Part shown: in pieces, positions 56,662 to 64,000 of the stretch
Layout: each line of letters starts with the position of its first letter
How positions within the stretch are numbered: the first letter of the stretch is position 1
DNA from: an uncultured Verrucomicrobiae bacterium
GTDB taxonomy: Bacteria > Verrucomicrobiota > Verrucomicrobiia > Chthoniobacterales > JAFAMB01
Assembly: GCA_963837955.1 (NCBI GenBank)
Contig: CAWIPH010000002.1
Span: forward strand, 4,384,001-4,448,000
DNA: 64,000 bases
Direction of reading: 5' to 3'
Made by a program: the position numbers and the translations under genes
The notes under the pieces: model-generated
The model's database searches: none
What the model was told of the DNA's origin: nothing
What the model saw: only the letters and a program-made list of their open reading frames with translations

Positions 56662-56699
56662 GGGCGTGTCCCCTGGGCTCCCAATCCCCAATCACTAAT

Positions 56700-58013
56700 C
56701 TAATCACTAATCACCGCCTCCCCTACCGCTACCTTCTCCAGGCTCAACGTCTTCAGCTGGTGTAGCGGAGAAAATCGACTCAATCCTGAAACAACCAATA
56801 GACCTAGCGCGGATACAATCAGGGTGGGTCTGATTCCGATGCTCTCTCCTAACCAGCCACCAAAAAACGCTCCAAAGGGCATGATACCGGTCACCACGAA
56901 ACGGAATGCGCCGTTCATTCTTCCCAGCATCAAGCTGGGCGTCAGCGTTTGCCGAATGGTCCAAGCGAATACGGTAATCGCGGAACCTCCAGCGCTCAGA
57001 ACAAAGTAGGCTGCAGCCAGAGCCATCACTCCGCCGACATTTCCCGTGTTGACCAGCGGAAAACAAAATGCCGCCACAGCAGCGACGATGGTGGACCAGA
57101 TCACAAAAGGACCGGGCCCAAACCATCGGCCAAGCCGTTCCGCGCCGAAAGCACCCATAACCGCGCCCAGTCCTCCAACACTCACCGTTACACCAAATAC
57201 GCCAGGCCGGATGCTCAGATCCCGCGTAGCATAAAGCACAAGTATCGCCATCAAAGCGTTCTGAAAAAAATTGTTCGCAGTGACCAGGCAGAGCAGTGAT
57301 CGAATATGCCGTTCTTCGCCCACAAAGCGAAATCCGTCAGCGATCTGCCGAAAAATGTTCTCGCGTCCATGCCGTACCCGGACTTCCTGGTGTTTGATTC
57401 GGAGCAGACAAATCGCACTCAGAAAGTAGGTGGAGGCGTCAGCCAGGACCGCCAACGGCGCACCGAGCAACTCCACCATGACCCCACCGAATCCTGGTCC
57501 GATCGATTGTCCAAGCGCATACGACATCATGATTTTGCTGTTCGCGTTCACCAACCTATCCCGTTTTACGATCTCTGGGATGTAGGTCTGGTAAGCCATC
57601 TCAAATATCACCTTCAACGATCCCATCACGAACATCACCAGATAGAGCACGCCAAGATGCATCCAGCCTAAGAGGACGGCGAGTGGCACCACCGTGATGA
57701 AAGCGCCGCGGACCAGACTTGCGATAATCATCAGCCAGCGCCGGATCCCGAGGTCTGCCCAAACTCCGGCCGGTAGCGTAAAGACCAGAAACGGCGCAAA
57801 TTCCGCTGCGCGCAGAAGTCCCATTTCCAGCGAACTCGCATGGAGAGTAATTGCAGCCAGCAATGGAACTGCGAATGCCGTTACTTGCGCGCCCAGGGTC
57901 GACACGGTTTGCCCGGTCCAGAACAACGCAAACGATCGATTGATTAGGAAAGCCGCTCGCCGCTGAGTCGGAGCCGAAGTCAGACAACCGGCAGAATCCT
58001 CGATATTTTTCAC
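56700..58013 (-). CDS. MFS transporter (DHA3/EntS-like)
   Basis: FALFWTGQTVSTLG, PFLVFTLPAGVWAD, LVNANS, RQTLTP..MLGRMNG; 12 TMs. Confidence 0.9.
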   Translation of the reverse strand: MKNIEDSAGCLTSAPTQRRAAFLINRSFALFWTGQTVSTLGAQVTAFAVPLLAAITLHASSLEMGLLRAAEFAPFLVFTLPAGVWADLGIRRWLMIIASLVRGAFITVVPLAVLLGWMHLGVLYLVMFVMGSLKVIFEMAYQTYIPEIVKRDRLVNANSKIMMSYALGQSIGPGFGGVMVELLGAPLAVLADASTYFLSAICLLRIKHQEVRVRHGRENIFRQIADGFRFVGEERHIRSLLCLVTANNFFQNALMAILVLYATRDLSIRPGVFGVTVSVGGLGAVMGAFGAERLGRWFGPGPFVIWSTIVAAVAAFCFPLVNTGNVGGVMALAAAYFVLSAGGSAITVFAWTIRQTLTPSLMLGRMNGAFRFVVTGIMPFGAFFGGWLGESIGIRPTLIVSALGLLVVSGLSRFSPLHQLKTLSLEKVAVGEAVISD

Positions 58014-58394
58014 TGGGGCTTGGTGAGCCCCCTGCCTTTTCGGCTTAGATCAACGCCCAACGAATGACCACAAAAGAGATCAATACACCAATCGCTCAAT
58101 TTCAAACCCGGCGATACTGCCCGCTCACAGAGGGGAACCTGCGGTCGAATGCCCGAGCCTTCCTGTCAGTCAATCATTTAATCGGCGACCGAAAAAATTC
58201 CAAGGAATTTTTCGCGATAGTTCTAATTGTGCAATTGCAATCTGCAATCCAAGACCGCGAATGGAACCTCCTTCGCTACGTCTCCGCTTCGTTATAGAGC
58301 GCCCGATAACATCCGCGGCCGCGCGCTTGTTCCACAGAAGATCGCAGAGAGCACCAATCATCCGCAAATTCTAGATTCCAATTCGGAGTTTCTC

Positions 58395-58489
58395 ACGCTG
58401 AAGGCGTTAGAGGACTCAGCCCAGGGTGGAGGCTTGGCGGAACCCTGGGTTAAGCAGAAAAAGCGGTCCGCTCTGAAAGAGCGCTAGAA
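58395..58489 (+). repeat. Dispersed REP unit related to the RAYT flanks (MITE-free)
   Basis: ACGCTGAAGGCGT-TAGAGGACTCAGCCCAGGG..CCCTGGG..CGCTCTGAAAGAGCG-CTAGAA; partial copy also at 60380-60410. Confidence 0.75.
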
Positions 58490-58781
58490 ATTCATATGGA
58501 CGCGACAGGAGCCGGGCCTACCAGCTCCTAGATACTAAATGCTCTGGCCGTCCCCTCCCCAAACCTCACTTTTTCCGTCCGGGTCCATTCAACCGCGCCT
58601 CGAGTGCAAACATCGCAAAAGCTACCAGCGCATAGACGACGAATTGTCCGATGTAAAATAGGAACATGATTAGGGAGATAATCCTCCCAATCGAAGCGAA
58701 TGACAAATTACAGATTGCAGCGCTATTTGTTATTTGTCATTCGCGGCCGATCCTTGGTACTGTATCTTGTCTTCGGAGATT

Positions 58782-59009
58782 ATGAGATCCCGGTTGTTCA
58801 TCCTCAGCTTTGTTGCGATCGCCTTGTCGATGTTACCGTTCACCGCGAGCGCGGGAACTGGCGAAGTCGAATACCAGCCGGTTTACCGTTCCTGTTGCAA
58901 AGACCGCTGTTCTTTTTGGACAAAGGTGCGGCAAGCGTTCGACGTCACGTACCCCTTCGATTACTGTAACGATTACGATTATCCACCGCCCTGTCAGACG
59001 TGTCATTAG
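58782..59009 (+). CDS. Small secreted Cys-rich protein ending in CxxCH
   Basis: GGAG RBS, signal peptide ending ASA, 6 Cys, C-terminus CQTCH*. Confidence 0.65.
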   Translation: MRSRLFILSFVAIALSMLPFTASAGTGEVEYQPVYRSCCKDRCSFWTKVRQAFDVTYPFDYCNDYDYPPPCQTCH

Positions 59010-59144
59010 CACGGGCCAGTTATAAGCCCGAGTCGCGACCGGACTGAGCTCGGTTTCGATCGCCGCTTATCCGTTTCCTTCCCTTCGGAACACTAAAAAT
59101 TCCACCTTCTAAATCCTCTCTTCCGTATTCCCTTTGCGTCTTGG

Positions 59145-59386
59145 CGCCTTTGCGTGAGATCCGGCTTCTCCGTTGTCTCTGTGAGCTCCTGTTAAGAAGG
59201 TCTTCTCCGTCTCTGCGAGCTCATGTGAAAATTTCAAATCCGGCTTCGCGTCTTTGCGACTTTGCGTGAGATTTTCCGGCCGAGCAGGCGTGTCCGACGA
59301 AGCGTCCGCCAGGTGATGATACGATTTTCGACTAACGTCGCGAAGTCGGAAGCTCGGCCCTACCGGGCAACGCGTCTTTGCGTGAG
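59145..59386 (-). repeat. Composite CACGCAAAG-family repeat, left inverted arm around the glucosaminidase-like gene
   Basis: Reverse complement of 59924-60100 plus an inserted TCCGACGAAG..CGAAGTCGGA hairpin. Confidence 0.8.
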
Positions 59387-59393
59387 GTTATTC

Positions 59394-59852
59394 TTACCGG
59401 CCACGCGCTGCCAATTTGCGTTCCCAATCAAGAACGCATTTCTTCCAATATCCGGGATTGGAGGCGCAATAAACCGCTGCAATCTGACTTAAAGTGTTCC
59501 GACCCTTGAATGGCTTCCGGTTCAAAAGCTGCGCCGCGTAATAAATCGACTCTTCCGAATTGGCGAAGCGCTTCGCTCCGCTTCGAGTCATTAGCCCCAT
59601 CCAATTGTTCTTTCTCCGGGCCGCTTGACTCTTCCACGCGCCTGACTCATGGGCAGAAATGGCTGCAAGCAGTATGGGATCAAGACCATACCGTCGCCCG
59701 GCTTCCACGAAAATTCGTCCGTACCCCTTGGGAACCTTCTTCTCCAGATCTACCGGATCGACTGAGCGGAAGACACGGATGTTCTCCTCAACAGCACGAA
59801 TGGGTAACTGGAGACCAAGGAGCAAAACAGTACCGATGATCCACTGGTTCAT
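59394..59852 (-). CDS. Secreted glucosaminidase/lysozyme-like peptidoglycan hydrolase
   Basis: Signal peptide; FVEAGRRYGLDPILLAAISAHES (catalytic Glu)...KNNWMG. Confidence 0.78.
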   Translation of the reverse strand: MNQWIIGTVLLLGLQLPIRAVEENIRVFRSVDPVDLEKKVPKGYGRIFVEAGRRYGLDPILLAAISAHESGAWKSQAARRKNNWMGLMTRSGAKRFANSEESIYYAAQLLNRKPFKGRNTLSQIAAVYCASNPGYWKKCVLDWERKLAARGR

Positions 59853-59923
59853 GGAATTGCCGTATATTGACGAAAATTCAGATTTTACAACAGATTTATT
59901 TCCGAACGGCGCAGCTGGGAGGT

Positions 59924-60100
59924 CTCACGCGAAGTCGTCGCCCGGTAGGGCTGAGCTCCCGCTCGGCCGGAAAATCTCACGCAAAGTCGCAAAGACGCGA
60001 AGCCGGATTTAAATTCTTACAAGAGCTCGCAGAGACCGAGAAGACCTTTTTAACAGGAGCTCACAGAGAAAACGGAGGAACCGGGTCTCACGCAAAGGCG
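59924..60100 (+). repeat. Composite CACGCAAAG-family repeat, right inverted arm
   Basis: Contains GTAGGGCTGAGCTCCCGCTCGGCC (GTAG-type REP); third related copy at 62801-63082. Confidence 0.8.
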
Positions 60101-60450
60101 GATTTTAAATAGAAGGGAACAAAGACCCTTTCAACAGGAGCCAACAGTGAAAACGGAGAGACCGTTCAGCTTGCGTCGAAACTCCCTTTCTTCGGTTAAC
60201 TCTTGTTTAGATGTCTTCTCCCGCGTCCCCGTATTCAGTTCCCGGCGTTGTCGGCGTTTATCAGCTATCTAAATTTCCCATGTTAAAGCAGTTTCAGCGA
60301 ACTCCATCGTCGGAACTCGCGGACGTTTTGCGTGCCGAATTGCATGCATGCCTCCCATGGCAAACTCGGGCTGTTTCCGTACGCCGAAGGCGTAAGAGGA
60401 CTCAGCCCAGCAACGTGTCGGACTTTACACGATGGAACCAACGGCTATCG

Positions 60451-60696
60451 CAGCGGCGAAGCCGCGATTCAGGATAGCCTAGCCTGCAGGGCTAGGTACA
60501 GGCATATAGGTGAGCGAGCGCTCAAAGCGCGGCTCAGTTGAACTCGGAGCGATGCCGACATTTTGACGATGATCGTACAAACATTTGGCGCTCCCGGATT
60601 CGGTGTTTGCGACGCACCTTCAGCGCTAGGATCGCTCTTTTATTCTTATTCCTAGGGCTTCTCCCTAGGCTATCTTGAAGCACGGCTTCGCCGCTG
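60451..60696. repeat. REP doublet (REPIN-like)
   Basis: CAGCGGCGAAGCCGCGATTCAGGATAGCCTAG / CTAGGCTATCTTGAAGCACGGCTTCGCCGCTG inverted arms. Confidence 0.7.
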
Positions 60697-60963
60697 AAAA
60701 CGTGCCCGTCAGAATTGGGTCAGGCAAATCTGCTCCTGGTTCATTCGCCGCTATTTCGGAGGCCGTCCGGGCTTAATCTTCTCTGTTTCCTCCGTTTCCT
60801 CCCCTTTAACCGTTTTTCCGCCAATGCCTCCCTCATCCCGTATTCCGTTCCCGGCGCTTATCAGCTATCTCATCGCCTCTCCGTTTAGCCCCTGTTCAAC
60901 TATTTTTTCCGGCAATGCCTCGGTCCTTCCGGGTTCGCGTCTTCGCGTCTTTGCGTGAGATTT

Positions 60964-61767
60964 TTATGCCTTGGCCGAGTCTCCCGGAAGCTCAAAATAG
61001 CGCACCCGATACGTCCTGAGGTAACGGTCGCTCAAGGTATTGAGCGCACGCCGTGCCAATGTGAATTGCTCAGCAAACATGGCAAAGACCGGCCGCAAGT
61101 GGGCCTGATCCGTATGCCGTTCGGCCACGCGGTAGAAACGCTTTCCGTGCAGCTCGTAATCTTTCAGGGTGCGTTTGACTGAGAACATCCTATTCGGATG
61201 CGCCGCAAACAGAGCAGCGTGATCGGGAAAAATCCCACTCAAGAACAGCGCAATATCAGCGATCCGTTGGAAGAGTGCCGGCCGCATCTCCGGGTCAATG
61301 ATGCGAGCCAGCTCGATCATGTCATCTATATCGATATCGCTGAACCGCTTTTTGTGCCAGGCGCCGCGCTCCTTCCAGTACATGACACCGCTATTCGTCC
61401 GCACGAACGAAGAAAGCATTTCGGCGAGATAATCACGCGCCGGCTTGTCTGAGAGCATCTCAGCCACTGCCGGGGCTTCAAAAACCGGGATGCGTCTCCC
61501 TTTAGACTCCACCTCAAAGACATAAGTCTCCTTTTCCAATTCCCTTCGCAAGCGGCGCAGGAGCACTGAAAAAAGTAGATGGGGCGAGACCCGCACGAAA
61601 GTTTCTTCATCCCCAAAGAGCCGATCCGCTAGCTTCGGATCTTCCAACATTGGCTCGATGAGATCTTCTTTGTCCCGAACCAGATTGACAATGTGATCGT
61701 AATCACGCCGGTTGGTGACCACCGTTTCGACCAGGAACCGCAAATCAGACTCGCTCAAGTGCAACAT
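60964..61767 (-). CDS. Hypothetical protein (267 aa, helical)
   Basis: Long clean ORF; DYLAEMLSSF, RIADIALFLSGIFPDH, GKRFY; function not recognised. Confidence 0.75.
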   Translation of the reverse strand: MLHLSESDLRFLVETVVTNRRDYDHIVNLVRDKEDLIEPMLEDPKLADRLFGDEETFVRVSPHLLFSVLLRRLRRELEKETYVFEVESKGRRIPVFEAPAVAEMLSDKPARDYLAEMLSSFVRTNSGVMYWKERGAWHKKRFSDIDIDDMIELARIIDPEMRPALFQRIADIALFLSGIFPDHAALFAAHPNRMFSVKRTLKDYELHGKRFYRVAERHTDQAHLRPVFAMFAEQFTLARRALNTLSDRYLRTYRVRYFELPGDSAKA

Positions 61768-62096
61768 CGCTTGAAAACCTCACGCGAAGTCGCCAAGACG
61801 CAAAAACGAATTTTGAACAGAGCAGCTATTTGCTATGTGCGCTCTCCTGACGGCGTGTCCGAATAAAGAGTTACTCACCTCGATTGGCGACCGCAAAAAA
61901 GGGTGCGTGATCAGAACCAGACCTATAGTAGCGATGATCGCCACGCGGCTGACATTGCCCCCGGACAGGCCCTTTTGTCGAAGCTGCTCTTTCACGGGAG
62001 AGAAACAGAGATGACGGAAATAAGTGTTCCAGATCGCAGGCTTGTCGAAATCTCTTATTCACTGTTCGCCACGTCGATCTTTCCGTCTCTGAACTC

Positions 62097-62735
62097 TCAT
62101 TCTTTTGCGTCTTGGCGTCTTTGCGTGAGATCGTCTCCGGTCAACGCGCTCCGGTATTTCGCCATCTCGCTTTGGTACTCGTCTTGACCCTTTTTGTAGG
62201 CCTCGCTGGATATCACATGCTTCTGGTACATGGCTTCCAATTGCGACCTTTTACGTTCGGCTTTCCGGCGTTCTCTCTCAGCGCTTTTGCGTTCCACCTC
62301 GGACGGCTTCAGGTCGCGCGATCCGTTGTCTTTTACAACCGCAGTGGGTTGCGGAAACGGTGCAACAGCCGTGGGAACCGGAGTCGGCAAAGGTGATCGA
62401 TTAGGGTCTTCCGCCGCGATCGTTCCAGGGTGCACCGTATCCAGGTTCGCCACTGCCGGACTGGGCGCTTTCCCGACCGGTGATGGCGTCGTCACCGAAA
62501 CGATCTGAGTTTTCTCTGAATTCTTCGATCGCGTGTTTCTCAGCGCGAAGAGGCAAAATACGCCAAGACCGATCGCAAAGGCCGCACCCAGGGCAACTAA
62601 GGCGCCCAGAGCGACCCTTTTGATCCAGGCTCTCGCTGAATCCCGTCGCTGCCCGGAGTCACTTGGCTGGGCTTTTAATCGTCTCCTTAATGGTCGATTG
62701 CGACGTCTATTCACGGACAACTCCGAAAAATACAC
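62097..62735 (-). CDS. Hypothetical single-pass membrane protein with Pro-rich linker and coiled-coil tail
   Basis: One TM, PTPVPT linker, ERERRKAERKRSQLE; last 10 aa come from a repeat; start uncertain. Confidence 0.6.
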   Translation of the reverse strand: MYFSELSVNRRRNRPLRRRLKAQPSDSGQRRDSARAWIKRVALGALVALGAAFAIGLGVFCLFALRNTRSKNSEKTQIVSVTTPSPVGKAPSPAVANLDTVHPGTIAAEDPNRSPLPTPVPTAVAPFPQPTAVVKDNGSRDLKPSEVERKSAERERRKAERKRSQLEAMYQKHVISSEAYKKGQDEYQSEMAKYRSALTGDDLTQRRQDAKE

Positions 62736-62800
62736 TACAGGATGTGGAATTCAAAAAAAATGGTACAAGATCCAGTGCGGAGCCGCCTTGGAGAGAAAAA

Positions 62801-63082
62801 CTCACGCAAAGACGCAAAGGCGCAAAGGCGGATTTTGAATTTCCACAAAAGCTCGCAGAGACAGAGAAGACCTTTTTAACGGGAGCTCACAGAGACAACG
62901 GAGAAACCGGGTCTCACGCAAAGAACGCCAAAGTGGATTTTGAATTTCCCTCTCTGTCATTTGCTATCTGCTATTTGCTATTTGTCATGCGCTTCGCCCG
63001 TCCTTTGCGTCTTGGCGTCTTTGCGTGAGATATTTTCGGCCGAGCGGAAGCTCAGCCCTACCGAGCGCGTCTTTGCGTGAGA
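62801..63082. repeat. Composite CACGCAAAG-family repeat cluster with heptamers and a GTAG-type REP
   Basis: Shares GCTCGCAGAGAC.GAGAAGACCTTTTTAAC.GGAGCTCACAGAGA with about 60025-60070. Confidence 0.8.
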
Positions 63083-63091
63083 TATTCCGGT

Positions 63092-64000
63092 ATGAGTTTG
63101 CCACTGCTGGGTATTCACCACGTAACCGCCATTACGGCTCGAGCTTCGGATAACCTGCGTTTTTATACGCAGGTTCTCGGCATGCGGTTAGTGAAAAAAA
63201 CCGTGAACCAGGATGATGTCTCGGCGTATCACCTGTTTTATGCCGACGCTAAGGGTTCGCCGGGCACGGATTTGACCTTCTTCGACTGGGCTGCCATCCC
63301 GCCGCGCCAGCTCGGTAATCGGATGATCACCAGGACGGCTTTACGAGTCGCAAATCGCACATCGCTCGAATGGTGGAAAAAACATCTCGAACAACGGGCC
63401 CAGAAGGTTGGAGAGATCGTAGAACGTGCCGGCCGCGCTTCGCTCCTCTTTGAAGATCCTGAAGGTCAGCAATTGATGTTGGTGGAGGATCTCGCCCAGG
63501 GCACGCCATACGAAAAGAGCCCGGTACCAGCCGAGCACCAGATTCATGGACTGGGGCCCGTCGAAATCACGGTATCGACGATGGCGAAGACCGCCGAGAT
63601 ACTTACCGAGCTGCTCGGCATGCGCTCGGTCCGCCAATTCCAGGAACCCGAAGGAGCGGATGGCGTGGTTCACATCTACGAGATCGGCCAGGGTGGTCCC
63701 GGCGCTGAGCTGCACGTTCGGATCCGCCCGGAACTGCCGATCGGTCAGACTGGAGCGGGCGGCGTCCATCATGTTGCGTTCCGGGTACCGGACGACCAAT
63801 ATGACGCTTGGGCTGATCGGCTCCGGAAGTACGGTATCCCGAATAGTGGAAAGGTTGACCGCTTCTATTTCCAGAGTCTTTATTTTCGCGAGCCGAACGG
63901 TATTTTATTCGAACTGGCCACCGATGGCCCAGGTTTTGCCACAGACGAGCCAGCCGAAACAATGGGTGAACGTTTGGCGCTGCCGCCATTTCTCGAACCT
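63092..64000 (+). CDS. Ring-cleaving dioxygenase, glyoxalase/VOC family (MhqA/MhqO-like); runs off the window; missing from the ORF track
   Basis: My translation: MSLPLLGIHHVTAITA..NLRFYTQVLGMRLVKKTVNQDDVSAYHLFYAD..PGTDLTFF...GAGGVHHVAFR...DRFYFQSLYFREPNGILFELATDGPGF. Confidence 0.92.
   Translation, partial: MSLPLLGIHHVTAITARASDNLRFYTQVLGMRLVKKTVNQDDVSAYHLFYADAKGSPGTDLTFFDWAAIPPRQLGNRMITRTALRVANRTSLEWWKKHLEQRAQKVGEIVERAGRASLLFEDPEGQQLMLVEDLAQGTPYEKSPVPAEHQIHGLGPVEITVSTMAKTAEILTELLGMRSVRQFQEPEGADGVVHIYEIGQGGPGAELHVRIRPELPIGQTGAGGVHHVAFRVPDDQYDAWADRLRKYGIPNSGKVDRFYFQSLYFREPNGILFELATDGPGFATDEPAETMGERLALPPFLEP

Noticed and set aside
63327..63989. Minus-strand ORFs listed in the track
   Set aside because: Shadows of the + strand dioxygenase gene (63092 to window end), which the track omits because it lacks a stop in the window

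Overview
Bacterial chromosomal window of moderate GC. Gene style (TonB receptors, eukaryote-type GlyRS, leader-poor starts) suggests a soil Verrucomicrobia/Spartobacteria-like genome; that assignment is inference. Positions 1-13.6 kb are an accessory region ending at tRNA-His(GTG). It holds LysR, two TonB-dependent receptors, an FAH hydrolase, two paralogous small secreted proteins, an LprI-type gene, a DUF899 gene and a triplicated palindromic operator/leader module. Next come a periplasmic binding protein + CheA-like membrane kinase lacking CheW + CheY + CheX operon and phoBR-like genes. The rest is mostly housekeeping: iscA-hscB-hscA, MATE, OmpA x2, glyQS, lysC, proBA, a nitrate/sulfonate-type ABC transporter, trpD, gcvT/gcvH and gcvP, lptF, aguA/aguB, a cyclophilin, queA, an MFS transporter, a glucosaminidase-like gene and a ring-cleaving dioxygenase. 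Intergenic DNA is crowded with several nested repeat families (REP-like hairpins, 6/7/9-mer microsatellites, MITEs). The most striking structure lies between gcvT and gcvP: a stand-alone Y1 (RAYT-type) transposase whose two inverted REP flanks have each been hit, at the same 4-bp site, by a copy of a ~504-bp transposase-less element, all enclosed by a perfect 21-bp inverted repeat. No cas genes, integrase, prophage or rRNA were seen.
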